From an uncultured Chroococcidiopsis sp. (GTDB lineage Bacteria > Cyanobacteriota > Cyanobacteriia > Cyanobacteriales > Chroococcidiopsidaceae), in contig CAXTYC010000004.1 of NCBI GenBank assembly GCA_964248365.1, forward strand, positions 1 through 64,000: a stretch of 64,000 nucleotides of DNA, in the 5' to 3' direction. Positions 18,454 through 28,618 of this stretch are shown here, one piece after another (within the stretch, counting starts at the first letter, position 1; the number at the start of each line of letters is the position of its first letter). The translations under genes were made by a program, and so were the position numbers. The notes beneath the pieces are model-generated. The model was given only the letters and a program-made list of their open reading frames with translations. It did not search any database and was not told the origin of the DNA.

Positions 18454-19941
18454 ATGTTCGAGTACACGCCACTACACAAGCCTAATCAAATTATACGCGG
18501 AACAGGTCAAACAGTAATTGTGACTGGGTGGACGGTAAAAGAGAGTTTGCTTAAGCATTTACACAATAATGAATATGCCTCAGTTGGGCAGCTGTATAGC
18601 CCTACACGGGGTATTAATCTGCTGCTCCGAAATTTACTAGCTAATCCCCACGTCCGCTTTTTGGTTGCTCTGTCTGCTACTAAGGAAGATCGAAATGCGG
18701 GTGGATGTGAGTGCTTGCTAGACTTTTTTCGTCATGGCTTTGTGGAAGGTAAGAGTGATACTGGAAAGCTCTGCTGGGTGATTAAATCAAACATTCCTGG
18801 GTATATTGATATTGAAATAGATGCTACTGCTTTAGAAAATCTGCGTTCTTCGCTCTTAGTTAAACAAGCTCATTCCATCGCCCAGGCTGTCGATTTTGTC
18901 AAGTCTTTTGCTCACCACGAAAAAAGTGAGCCTTGGGGTTATCCCCTAGATTTTCCCATGTCTAGCGTTGTCCCAACTGTCCTCCCAGGAGCGCGTTACG
19001 GACATCGTATTGAAGGTAAGACGATCGCCCAAACTTGGGTTAAAATTATTCATCGCATCAAGACAACAGGAACTATTCGACCAACTGGCTACGATGGACA
19101 ATGGCAAGAATTAATCGATTTGATGGCTATTGTTACTTCGGAGCCTGAAGATTTCTATTTTCCCCACCCTAATTATTTGCCATGCGATCGCGCTTTCATT
19201 CAAGAGTACGTTTCGCAAATTTTAGACGATGCACCCCATATAGAAGGGGTAAAATATACTTACGGTCAAAGACTGCGATCATGGTTTGGTAAAGATCAAA
19301 TTGAGCAAGTAATTCAAAAGCTAGTAGACGATATTGATTCAGCTAGAGCGGTAATGTCTTTGTGGGACGTACAAGATCACGAAGCTAATAACAGTCCTCC
19401 CTGCCTTAATCATATTTGGGTCAGAGTTGTTGAGCAAGAATTATCTTTAACTGCAACTTTTCGTAGTAATGATATGTTTTCCGCCTGGGCTGCAAATGCT
19501 TTTGGTTTACGTGCTTTGCAACAACATATTCGAGATGAAATTGCTGCTCGTTCCGAACATAATTTGAAGATGGGAGCATTAATTACTATCAGTCAAAGCG
19601 CCCATATTTATGATGACTGTTGGGACTCTGCTGATAAAGTTATTCAGTCTCAATATCCTAAAATTTGCCTGCAAAGAGATTATGCCGATCCTTCAGGTAG
19701 TTTTGTAATTACTGTGCAGGATGACAACATTATTGTAGAACACATGACACCTGGATCTGGAGAAGTTATTAACTGTTACTGGGGTAAATCAGCTAGGCAG
19801 ATTTTTCGACAGATAGCAGCAGATTGTCCAGCTTTGCAAGTCGAACACGCCATGTATTTGGGTGCGGAATTGCAAAAAGCAGAAATGGCTTTATCGATGC
19901 AAGGGTTAATTTATCAGCAGGATCGAGCGCTAAAAATATAA
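18454..19941 (+). CDS. thyA: Thymidylate synthase, ThyA fold, with extra N- and C-terminal domains
   Basis: YTYGQRL, PPCLNHIW (catalytic Cys), FRSNDMFSAWAAN, SAHIY; C-terminal HAMYLGAELQKAE..YQQD resembles DUF4346; N-terminal GINLLLRNLLANPHVRFL resembles MtrA. Confidence 0.75.
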   Translation: MFEYTPLHKPNQIIRGTGQTVIVTGWTVKESLLKHLHNNEYASVGQLYSPTRGINLLLRNLLANPHVRFLVALSATKEDRNAGGCECLLDFFRHGFVEGKSDTGKLCWVIKSNIPGYIDIEIDATALENLRSSLLVKQAHSIAQAVDFVKSFAHHEKSEPWGYPLDFPMSSVVPTVLPGARYGHRIEGKTIAQTWVKIIHRIKTTGTIRPTGYDGQWQELIDLMAIVTSEPEDFYFPHPNYLPCDRAFIQEYVSQILDDAPHIEGVKYTYGQRLRSWFGKDQIEQVIQKLVDDIDSARAVMSLWDVQDHEANNSPPCLNHIWVRVVEQELSLTATFRSNDMFSAWAANAFGLRALQQHIRDEIAARSEHNLKMGALITISQSAHIYDDCWDSADKVIQSQYPKICLQRDYADPSGSFVITVQDDNIIVEHMTPGSGEVINCYWGKSARQIFRQIAADCPALQVEHAMYLGAELQKAEMALSMQGLIYQQDRALKI

Positions 19942-20003
19942 TAATAATTGAGTTAAAAATGTAAGGTGAGCAATCTTTACCTCATCACTCTTGGAGCGTT
20001 ACT

Positions 20004-20834
20004 GTGTCTTTATTAACTGAAGCTTTAGATCGAATTCGAGCTTGGCTACGAACTAACTACCCTGTTGTAGCAGATTGTATCACGCCTGGGTTAAGTCTAG
20101 AAGAAATACAAGAAATAACCCAAACGCTACCTTTTAGTTTACCAGATGAGGTTTATGAACTCTATCAATGGTCGCGTGGTCATACTCCTGAAACTCAAAC
20201 AATCTACACACATATATTTGAACCATATCAAGCAATGGCACTATGCAGTCTTGAAACTGCTATAGAGATAGCACCAATCTTTGAAGATGAGTTTGAGGAA
20301 TGTGCAGTAAAGTATATTAGTAAACCTTTATCTCCTATTTTTCAGACTGATGCTTCAAATCTTTGTGTAGTTGGAGATTGGGATAACAAAAAGAGTTCTC
20401 CAATTATCTTTGTTTCGGAAATTAATGGAATAGAAAACATATATACCAGTCTCACAAGTATGATGTTGACAGTTGCAGATTGCTTTGAAGCAGGTGCAAT
20501 TTCTTTTAATGAAAAAGGTCATAGAAATTGGAACGCAGAAAAGTTTGCTTCAATCTACCTAAAGCATAACTCCAACTTATTAGAGTTTTCTTTAAAGAGA
20601 TTAAAGCAACAATTAGTTATGACGCAGCATGATTCTATACTTAGGCAAATGACTATAAGCAACTTTTTAGGAGATATTTATCGTTTAGATGGAGAAAGAC
20701 GAAATTTAGTAACTAAGAAGTTAGATTTTGAAGTAATTGAACCACTTATAACAGCAATGCAAAATGAGGATGAGCCTATTGTGAGTTTAGCAAAACAAGC
20801 ATTAGAGGAGCTTAAATACACTTTTTCACCGTAG
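20004..20834 (+). CDS. SMI1/KNR4 (SUKH) family protein
   Basis: L.EAL.RI..WL...PGLS.EEI...LPFSLPDEVYELYQW pattern. Confidence 0.75.
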   Translation: MSLLTEALDRIRAWLRTNYPVVADCITPGLSLEEIQEITQTLPFSLPDEVYELYQWSRGHTPETQTIYTHIFEPYQAMALCSLETAIEIAPIFEDEFEECAVKYISKPLSPIFQTDASNLCVVGDWDNKKSSPIIFVSEINGIENIYTSLTSMMLTVADCFEAGAISFNEKGHRNWNAEKFASIYLKHNSNLLEFSLKRLKQQLVMTQHDSILRQMTISNFLGDIYRLDGERRNLVTKKLDFEVIEPLITAMQNEDEPIVSLAKQALEELKYTFSP

Positions 20835-20927
20835 GTTCATTTCATAGCAAACTTTTACCTAAGCTATAATTGTCTTCTCAATAATGAATATTTGAAAATT
20901 CAGTTGTATAGTGTAATATTTGAAAAA

Positions 20928-22676
20928 TCAAACTTTAGCTAAGGTAACAATTTCTGCCTGATCTTGATATTTACCTTTACGAGCATCGTAACTGGTAGCG
21001 CAGGGTTCCCCTTCCAAAAACAGCAATTGTACTACGCCTTCATTGGCATAAATACGACAGTCTGCACTGGAAGAATTGGAAAATTCTAAAGTTAAATGAC
21101 CCCGCCATGCAGCTTCGGCAGGAGTAAGATTGGCTATGATACCACAATTGTGAACAAAAACTCCTGCTTCAAGGGCAAAATTTCCTGCTTCTGGAACTGT
21201 TAAACAATAAACATCGTGAGTACCAGGAACATCTTCTACAGAAACAACTTTGTGATTCTTGCTAGATTGACTTTGTGATTGACCTCTAAATGCTTGGATA
21301 ACTTCAGGAAAGCGTTTAAATACAGAGCGATCGCAATTTAATAATCGCGCAGCACCACAAATCGAGCCAGTTTGATCTAAAGCAGTTCGCACGACATCAG
21401 CAGTGATTTCATGGCAAGTTCTTGATGCATCTACCAATTTTTTCATCAATTGGGATTGCTGATAACGTCTAGTTCCATCATCTTCTGCCCAAGCTTGTCT
21501 GCTGTGTTCACCAGTTATCGCCCTCGCTTTTGCATTGTTATAATACTCAAGCATTGCTTCACGATGGGCAAGCCTTGTAGCATCAGAGCAATTTCTTCTA
21601 CCTTCAATTACTCTTTGACGTGTTTCTATATATTTAGATTCATGCCAGAAATTCAGAGCTTTTTCTCTTTGCTGTTGAGAAAACATTGCATTCCATTGGG
21701 CATCTTGTTTTAGTCTGGCAATGGCTTCCCGAATTGATTCTCCATGTTCATCCGGATCGAATTCCTGGCTGTAGTTGTCACTGTTATGCAGTCGGATGTG
21801 TTCTAAAGCTTCCATCCTGATAATATTCCAAGGGTTATTATTTAACCGATTAAAATCAATATGATGACGATGAGTGTTGGGAATATCTTCGTAAATACCA
21901 TTTCTTAAGTTCCACTCATCGCCCAGTCGATGAGTAGGATAAAGATATCCGTTAAGTGGCTGGTATACCATCTCGTAACCACGAGCCAATTGACGGTAGA
22001 GAGGCATTAAGGAATCTTGTGGTCTGAGAGTATGTGCTTCAACCATACGTCCATCTCTGGTAAGAAAGAGATGATCGGGTGTACAAAATATGTATTGGTC
22101 GTTGTCTAAAGTTACCTTTAATAGAGAATCTCGACCAATGTATCTTGGACTGTCTAAGTGAGTTACAATTATTCGTCCGTGTTGCCCAATACTATAGCCC
22201 CAGAATTTTTCGCCATCTTCTGAGCGTTGAGTCATTTCCTCTAGTGTAGGAGATGTTCCGTCAGCCAAAGCTACGCGAGTATCTCCCCGAAAACATCGCG
22301 CGTATGTAGATTTTCCAATGCAAATAACTGTAATATTATCTGGAACTTCTAGCCTTTCCAAAGCAACTCCCAAGCCGTAGCTATGAGCAGGCAAAACGAA
22401 GTAACTACCATTATCATCTGTATGCAGTTGCGTTGGTTCTAGATTCTGAGGATTAAATTTTTTTGGATCAACTACTGTTCCTGGGATATGGCGAAAAATG
22501 CGAAATTCCACCGGAGAAAGGCGGATATCGTAGCCATAGGAAGAAAGCCCGTAGCTGATTACAGGACGCAGTGGCAAGGTGTGATCTATCTGATGTTTTC
22601 GGATTAGGCTAGGCTCAAAGGGAGAAAGCATTCCCTTTTGTGCCATTTGAGTAATCCAGATATCGTTTTTCAGCAC
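20928..22676 (-). CDS. dcd: dCTP deaminase, intein-containing precursor
   Basis: ISYGLSSYGYDIRL and GKSTYAR|...|CGIIANLTPAE..W.GHLTLEFSN..YANEG; GTG start at 22676; exteins total about 199 aa. Confidence 0.93.
   Translation of the reverse strand: MLKNDIWITQMAQKGMLSPFEPSLIRKHQIDHTLPLRPVISYGLSSYGYDIRLSPVEFRIFRHIPGTVVDPKKFNPQNLEPTQLHTDDNGSYFVLPAHSYGLGVALERLEVPDNITVICIGKSTYARCFRGDTRVALADGTSPTLEEMTQRSEDGEKFWGYSIGQHGRIIVTHLDSPRYIGRDSLLKVTLDNDQYIFCTPDHLFLTRDGRMVEAHTLRPQDSLMPLYRQLARGYEMVYQPLNGYLYPTHRLGDEWNLRNGIYEDIPNTHRHHIDFNRLNNNPWNIIRMEALEHIRLHNSDNYSQEFDPDEHGESIREAIARLKQDAQWNAMFSQQQREKALNFWHESKYIETRQRVIEGRRNCSDATRLAHREAMLEYYNNAKARAITGEHSRQAWAEDDGTRRYQQSQLMKKLVDASRTCHEITADVVRTALDQTGSICGAARLLNCDRSVFKRFPEVIQAFRGQSQSQSSKNHKVVSVEDVPGTHDVYCLTVPEAGNFALEAGVFVHNCGIIANLTPAEAAWRGHLTLEFSNSSSADCRIYANEGVVQLLFLEGEPCATSYDARKGKYQDQAEIVTLAKV
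21147..22295 (-). mobile_element. Intein (383 aa) with HNH-like endonuclease region inside dcd
   Basis: Block A CFRGDTRV, block B CTPDHLF, block F/G VYCLTVPEAGNF..GVFVHN followed by +1 Cys; internal HRHHIDFNRLNNNPWNI. Confidence 0.92.
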
Positions 22677-22781
22677 GGGAGTATAGTAGTCCAAAGCGGA
22701 TTACTAGAATACCGCGATCGCTTGTCTCAAAGCTAGGAGTTTAATAATTTTAATTATCTCTACCTCTAGCCCCTAGTCCCT

Positions 22782-23318
22782 TCACATCTGATGAGTGCGG
22801 CGTACTTGGGTAATTTGATCTGCTACATCTAGCAGTGCTTGCGGCATATCTGGTCCTGTGAGAATCACATCTATATGCCTTGGACGTTTGTCTAGAAACT
22901 CTAGCACCTCGTCAGAGCCAATTAAGCCAAGGTTGATTGCTAAACTCAATTCATCTAATACAACCAATGTATACTTTCCTTCCTTGACAACTTTTTGCGT
23001 ATGCTGCCAAAGTTCTAGTAATGAACTGGTTTCTGCTGCGTCTAACTGGGGAGTATCAATGCAGCGGGATAAATCGCAACGAATCCAGTCGAGGTGTCGC
23101 CCCAACTTGATAGGATGGTTGTAACCTTGACCAATTCCACCTTTGAGAAATTGCACAATTAAAACTGAAGTTCCCTGACCTGCAATTCTCAGGGCTTGTG
23201 CCATCACATTGGTAAAAAAGCTACGGTGGGAGCAGGTAAAAACTTGTACCAGTCCTTCCACTGGGTAGGGTGCGTTACAAGGCGAATGCAAGGCTGGGGT
23301 TTCTAGCTGGGCAACCAT
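22782..23318 (-). CDS. CobO/BtuR-like P-loop protein (cob(I)alamin adenosyltransferase family)
   Basis: GLVQVFT, VQFLKGG, VVLDEL, VILTG, ADQITQV; P-loop is degenerate. Confidence 0.8.
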   Translation of the reverse strand: MVAQLETPALHSPCNAPYPVEGLVQVFTCSHRSFFTNVMAQALRIAGQGTSVLIVQFLKGGIGQGYNHPIKLGRHLDWIRCDLSRCIDTPQLDAAETSSLLELWQHTQKVVKEGKYTLVVLDELSLAINLGLIGSDEVLEFLDKRPRHIDVILTGPDMPQALLDVADQITQVRRTHQM

Positions 23319-23367
23319 AAGGTATGTTTAACCAATGAGGAAAGAATCTGCTGTTTCCAAGGGAGAC

Positions 23368-23425
23368 AGCAGATATATAGCGTATTTTTCAAGTTTGTCT
23401 TCTGATCAAACACTAGATATGCGGA
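23368..23425. promoter_or_regulatory. Possible tandem NrdR-box-like sites upstream of the cobO-like/dcd genes
   Basis: Two 16-mers, ACGCTATATATCTGCT (minus, 23368-23383) and ACACTAGATATGCGGA (23410-23425), 42 bp apart, partly match acaCwAtATaTwGtgt. Confidence 0.3.
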
Positions 23426-23542
23426 TACGTCAACCACCAAGCGAGTAATTAAGCTCAGTAAATTTAAGTGGCGATCTTACAAAAACGAACTTATGCTGTT
23501 CAAGGTGCTGTATTCTAATCCTTGTTTCACCAGGTAACAGCA

Positions 23543-24274
23543 ATGTCGTTGTGGCAGCGTCCAGATGGTAGGCATTCAAATCAACTGCGTCCCATTAGTT
23601 TTGAACTTGGCTTTACTCGCTTTGCTACTAGCTCGGTTTTAGCTAAATGTGGCGACACTCAAGTACTTTGTAATGTGACGATTGTGCCTGGTGTGCCAAA
23701 ATTTTTGCTAGGTACTGGCAAGGGTTGGCTGACGGCTGAATATCGTATGCTTCCCGCCGCTACACCCCAACGCCAGGAGCGGGAATTATTAAAATTGTCT
23801 GGACGTACTCAGGAAATTCAACGGTTAATCGGACGCAGTTTACGAGCAGCACTAGATTTAGCAGTTCTGGGAGAACGTACCATAACTATCGATGCTGATG
23901 TCCTACAAGCAGATGCTGGTACTAGAACAACTGCTATTACGGGCGGATTTGTGGCTCTGGCTGATGCGATCGCATCAATGGTACAGCAAGGCGTTTTAGA
24001 GCGATCGCCTATTCTTCACCAAGTAGCTGCTGTCTCAGTTGGGTTATTGCAAGGTGAACCATTTCTGGATCTCAACTACACAGAAGACGTTGCCGCTGAT
24101 ATTGATTTCAATGTCGTGATGAATGACTCTTTGGAAATCATCGAAATCCAAGGCACAGCCGAAGCAGGTAGCTTTAGCCGTACTCAGCTTAATCAAATTA
24201 TGGATTTGGCAGAACAAGGCATCGGAGATTTATTAGCAGCACAGCGTCAAGCTCTTAGTAGCTCTAAGTTTTGA
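23543..24274 (+). CDS. rph: Ribonuclease PH
   Basis: [41 protein letters not shown] at 23543. Confidence 0.96.
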   Translation: MSLWQRPDGRHSNQLRPISFELGFTRFATSSVLAKCGDTQVLCNVTIVPGVPKFLLGTGKGWLTAEYRMLPAATPQRQERELLKLSGRTQEIQRLIGRSLRAALDLAVLGERTITIDADVLQADAGTRTTAITGGFVALADAIASMVQQGVLERSPILHQVAAVSVGLLQGEPFLDLNYTEDVAADIDFNVVMNDSLEIIEIQGTAEAGSFSRTQLNQIMDLAEQGIGDLLAAQRQALSSSKF

Positions 24275-24540
24275 AGGCGCGAAATTTTTGAATTGCTATT
24301 GCTTCTTCGCCCCCGCTCGTGATAGTATGTTATTTATAATGGAAATATTAACAAAATTTTTGTAGAAAGACAGATTTCCATTATTAAGTAAACCATCTTG
24401 GTAATTAATATAATAACACGAGCGAAAGAGTTTTTTTCACCGCAGTTTGTAATTTTTCAATCTGAGTAATTAGGCATTGACGAGGCAGATCAATTACGGC
24501 GCGTCCAGACTTTGCTGCTGGAGTTGATTAAGATAAGTAC

Positions 24541-24727
24541 ATGAAAGAGCCAACAGAGTCACAGCTACGGACTTTATATAGACTTTGCCATCTACTTACT
24601 AACATACTGTTTCAGCCCATTCACATCGTGCGTCTAGATGAACGAACACTCAACCTGTTTATTTTGGCAGGACTTGCGTGAAGAGATCGAGCTAGAAATT
24701 CAACCAGATGGAAGTATTGAGCCATGA
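24541..24727 (+). pseudogene. DUF6888-like small protein, frameshifted
   Basis: MKEPTESQLRTLYRLCHLLTNILFQPIHIVRLDERTLNLFILAG stops at 24681; the +1 frame continues REEIELEIQPDGSIEP and ends in an ATGA overlap with the next gene. Confidence 0.65.
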
Positions 24728-24927
24728 CAGAAGTAAATTATGCGGCAATGAGCGATCAACAGTTAAAGCGCTACATTCTTAACAATCGCAAGGATTTGGA
24801 AGCATTTCACGTATATATGGATCGGCGACATTCCCGTCCCAATCGAACTGTAGTAAAGTTTGACGATCCAGCTTGGGAAGAAAAGATAATATCAGAGATT
24901 CAGGCACAGCTAAATTCTAGTCGCTAG
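24724..24927 (+). CDS. DUF6887-like small protein, partner of the upstream DUF6888-like gene
   Basis: NYAAMSDQQLKRYIL.NR.D.EAF..YMDR pattern; ATGA coupling. Confidence 0.7.
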   Translation: MTEVNYAAMSDQQLKRYILNNRKDLEAFHVYMDRRHSRPNRTVVKFDDPAWEEKIISEIQAQLNSSR

Positions 24928-25101
24928 TAAAAAACTAAGATGAGGCGAAGCCTCTTTTTACTTGTAACCAGGCGGTAGCTGGGTTACGAGAGACTATCAC
25001 AACTGCGATGGAAGAGGGACAAAAGATATTACTGCGCGTCTTGATCCTCCTTTTCATTATCATGTTGTGAAACCACAAAGGTAAAGAGCATATCTGTCAC
25101 T

Positions 25102-25611
25102 ATGAATCAATCAAACTCATTGGGATTGTTCAGAACGCCAGAAATAATCGAACATACATCCGAAATCTTTTATTTACTGAATTTCTTTTCACAAACACAA
25201 CAAGAACAGTGGAATCGAGTTCCTGATGACTTTCCACCGAGGTGGGTAGAACTGGGAAATGTTCAGTGCAATGCTGATAGTTCCATTCTTTTTCTAACAC
25301 TCATATTCTTTGGACGTATCTATCTAAATCCCTTAGAAACTTATTGTTATACTTTTAATGAAAAAATGAAATGCATTCTTTATGAAATACTCGCACTGCT
25401 GGACGATTGGATTCTAGCTATTCCTAATTATGATTTCATTTTTTTGAAAAGGTCAGAAGATGAAATCATGAATCCTGATAGAATATGGTTGATTTTAAGT
25501 AGACTCTGTAAAATTGCTTTAGGTTATGAAGATTGGGAAAAGTATCAAATTAATGAATTATCCTTTGAGGATTTTGTAGAAGAGTATACCCATCCCTACG
25601 ATCCTATCTGA
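25102..25611 (+). CDS. Hypothetical acidic protein
   Basis: 169-aa AT-rich ORF; no motif recognised. Confidence 0.55.
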   Translation: MNQSNSLGLFRTPEIIEHTSEIFYLLNFFSQTQQEQWNRVPDDFPPRWVELGNVQCNADSSILFLTLIFFGRIYLNPLETYCYTFNEKMKCILYEILALLDDWILAIPNYDFIFLKRSEDEIMNPDRIWLILSRLCKIALGYEDWEKYQINELSFEDFVEEYTHPYDPI

Positions 25612-25729
25612 AGTAGTAATGGTAACTTTCAAAGAAATACGATGATGATAACCATGATGTATGGCAAGTAAGAGTCAAATTTTTCACTTTCACGTTCCAA
25701 CAATTAAGAAGAAAGAATCGCAAATACAA

Positions 25730-25848
25730 TAAACCTCCTGCATGAATCCGTCTCCCATTAAGCGTAGGGGCTTGTTACTAAAAGGCTTCAATTTTGACCG
25801 AAATTTCCGCTAGGGCGGGTTTACATATATATTCGTGCAGGAGGTCTA
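25730..25848. repeat. Short element with terminal inverted repeats (MITE-like)
   Basis: TAAACCTCCTGCATGAAT / ATTCGTGCAGGAGGTCTA (16 of 18 complementary); similar single ends AATAGACTTCTTGC near 7922 and 62983. Confidence 0.55.
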
Positions 25849-26251
25849 CTGTGTAAAATTCTAATATGGTTTTTATATAACATCCCAATTATAAAATTAA
25901 ACTGGAAATTTCAGCTTATATCCCCTTAATTAAGCGCTCAGCTTCAATCGCTCTCTACATAACTTAAGTGCGATCGCCCACACACCAACGCCAAGTATAA
26001 AGTTGATATGCGATCGCTAATGTCGTGGTATTCGCGTCAGTATGGGGCAAAAAATTAAGAATCATTGCGGGTAAAAGAGAGAGCGATCGCCAAATTTAAC
26101 CCCGCGTGTCTTTCGTTGCAAGCGTTTGAGCCGATAGATACCTCAAAGCCCAGTTTGTAAGTAGCTACTCCTAACGAGCGCAATCTCTGAGAGAATCGAC
26201 AAACAAATGCAATTTTTTTAAATGTCACCTGTATAAGGGAGTATCGCAGAT

Positions 26252-27778
26252 ATGAAATTGGCTTACTGGATGTATGCAGGTCCCGCTCACATAGGTACTC
26301 TGCGCGTCGCCAGTTCCTTTAAAAACGTTCACGCTATTATGCACGCGCCGCTTGGCGATGACTACTTTAACGTCATGCGATCCATGTTAGAGCGGGAAAG
26401 AAACTTTACCCCAGTAACAGCCAGCGTCGTAGATCGAAACGTTCTTGCTCGTGGTTCTCAGGAAAAGGTGGTAGACAACATCACCCGCAAAGATGCTGAA
26501 GAACACCCCGACCTAATTGTACTGACTCCTACTTGCACCTCCAGCATTTTGCAAGAAGATTTGCAAAACTTTGTCGAGCGAGCATCATTGGAAGCAAAAG
26601 CCGATGTGCTACTGGCTGACGTGAACCACTACCGCGTCAACGAATTGCAAGCAGCCGATCGCACTCTTGAGCAAATTGTCCGCTACTATATCGACAAGGC
26701 GCGTAGAAAGGGCGAACTACCAGCAGGCAAAACCGAAAAACCCTCAGTTAACATCATCGGTATTTCCACCCTTGGTTTCCACAATCAGCACGACTGCACC
26801 GAATTAAAACGGCTAATGGCTGATTTGGGAATACAGGTAAATGCTGTCATCCCCGAAGGTGCTTCAGTTCACGAATTGAAGAATTTGCCGCAAGCGTGGT
26901 TTAACCTAGTTCCCTATAGAGAATTGGGCTTAATGGCGGCTCGTTACCTAGAGCAAGAATTCGGAACGCCCTATATTGACATTACCCCTATGGGTGTGGT
27001 AGAGACAGCCCGATGTATCCGTAAAATTCAACAGGTGATTAATGTTGGGGGTGCAGATGTTGACTACGAAGACTTCATCAATGAGCAAACTTTGTATGTG
27101 TCTCAAGCTGCATGGTTCTCTCGCTCAATTGACTGTCAGAACTTGACAGGTAAGAAGGCTGTAGTGTTTGGCGACAGTACACACGCCGCCGCCATGACTA
27201 AGATTTTGGCGCGGGAGATGGGAATTCATGTAGTTTGGGCTGGTACTTACTGCAAATACGATGCTGACTGGTTCCGCGAACAAGTGAGCGAGTATTGTGA
27301 TGAGGTGATCATTACAGACGATCATGGACAAATTGGGGATGCGATCGCGCGTGTCGAACCTTCAGCCATATTCGGTACTCAAATGGAACGCCACGTAGGT
27401 AAGCGGTTAGATATTCCCTGCGGTGTAATTGCTGCACCTATCCACATTCAAAACTTCCCCATCGGTTACAAGCCATTTATGGGTTACGAAGGTACAAACC
27501 AAGTAGCCGATTTGGTGTATAATTCCTTTACTTTGGGAATGGAAGATCACTTGCTAGAAATCTTCGGTGGACACGACACCAAGGAAGTAATTACTAAGGG
27601 GATTTCTGCTGATAGTGACCTCAATTGGACGAAAGAAGGTCAAGCCGAATTGAATAAGATTCCAGGCTTTGTGCGTGGTAAAGTCAAGCGCAATACCGAG
27701 AAATTTGCGCGCGATCGCGGTATCAAAGACATCACAGTTGAAGTCTTGTATGCTGCTAAGGAAGCCGTAGGCGCGTAA
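26252..27778 (+). CDS. chlB: Light-independent protochlorophyllide reductase subunit B
   Basis: [15 protein letters not shown] start; C-terminal PCP domain [14 protein letters not shown]. Confidence 0.98.
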   Translation: MKLAYWMYAGPAHIGTLRVASSFKNVHAIMHAPLGDDYFNVMRSMLERERNFTPVTASVVDRNVLARGSQEKVVDNITRKDAEEHPDLIVLTPTCTSSILQEDLQNFVERASLEAKADVLLADVNHYRVNELQAADRTLEQIVRYYIDKARRKGELPAGKTEKPSVNIIGISTLGFHNQHDCTELKRLMADLGIQVNAVIPEGASVHELKNLPQAWFNLVPYRELGLMAARYLEQEFGTPYIDITPMGVVETARCIRKIQQVINVGGADVDYEDFINEQTLYVSQAAWFSRSIDCQNLTGKKAVVFGDSTHAAAMTKILAREMGIHVVWAGTYCKYDADWFREQVSEYCDEVIITDDHGQIGDAIARVEPSAIFGTQMERHVGKRLDIPCGVIAAPIHIQNFPIGYKPFMGYEGTNQVADLVYNSFTLGMEDHLLEIFGGHDTKEVITKGISADSDLNWTKEGQAELNKIPGFVRGKVKRNTEKFARDRGIKDITVEVLYAAKEAVGA

Positions 27779-27781
27779 TTA

Positions 27782-27807
27782 GTAGGGTGGGCATTAGCCC
27801 ACCCTAC
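27782..27807. repeat. GTAG-type REP-like palindrome / possible bidirectional terminator
   Basis: GTAGGGTGGGC-ATTA-GCCCACCCTAC perfect 11-bp stem between convergent genes; related copy at 37931-37955. Confidence 0.7.
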
Positions 27808-27845
27808 CTATTGTCTGAGTGAAATAATAAAATCTTGCGATCGCA

Positions 27846-28283
27846 CTACATTGGTACTTGTACCAACCCAGCTACATCATCTCCTAGCCTGGTAAAATGC
27901 TTTGGGTTTAGAGTCAGTAATATATCTACCTTTGCTTTTAGTGCAGCCTGAGCAATCAACCCATCATAAATACTGCCACCAACAATATTTAATCTCACCA
28001 GTCTAACGAGTGTTGTCTGATAATCCCCAGCAGACAAAACCACTTTTTGAAACTTATCTAAATTTTCTTCAATTAAATGTTGTGCTAATGCAGGTGCAAT
28101 CATTTGAGGGAGGGGCAAGCGGGTCAGCACAGCATACAATTCAGCTAGAGTATGAGTTGAGATAAATCCTTGAATTTCCTCTACTTTGAGGCGCAGCAAC
28201 CAGGGTAAACTTTCAGAGTACTTGGGATGATCCACTATCAATGCTGCTACAAGAACAGACGTGTCAAATACTACTTTCACCAA
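27846..28283 (-). CDS. PIN-domain (VapC-like) toxin
   Basis: VVFDTSVLVAAL, HTLAELY, IYDGLI, LLTLNPKHF. Confidence 0.88.
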   Translation of the reverse strand: MVKVVFDTSVLVAALIVDHPKYSESLPWLLRLKVEEIQGFISTHTLAELYAVLTRLPLPQMIAPALAQHLIEENLDKFQKVVLSAGDYQTTLVRLVRLNIVGGSIYDGLIAQAALKAKVDILLTLNPKHFTRLGDDVAGLVQVPM

Positions 28284-28618
28284 GATGAAATTTCCCTGAT
28301 TCTTTCTTCCCGTAATTCTTGCACGGCTGTTTCCAAGTTTTTCGCACCTTGAGCTTTCACTACTAATACTCCCCCAACATTCTCAACAGGACAACCCTCG
28401 CCTATTTCTCCTGGTTGCCAATCTTCGGGTTCGTAGCTTCCTTCGTTAGATACGTCACTTTCTAACCAAGCCTCGTCGTGTTCTTCCCCTAAGTTGTCTA
28501 CTACATTCGTCTTTCGCCACCAGAGAAAATCAACAAAATTCAGAACTTCCTGAAGTTCTGTTACTGGTAGGTGTTCTAGTTTCTCGACAATCTTCTGTTT
28601 AAGAGAATCCATACTCAA
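28277..28618 (-). CDS. Putative antitoxin with DUF2281-like N-terminus
   Basis: LKQKIVEKLEHLP..LQEVLNFVDFL; overlaps the start of the PIN gene. Confidence 0.7.
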   Translation of the reverse strand: MSMDSLKQKIVEKLEHLPVTELQEVLNFVDFLWWRKTNVVDNLGEEHDEAWLESDVSNEGSYEPEDWQPGEIGEGCPVENVGGVLVVKAQGAKNLETAVQELREERIREISSW

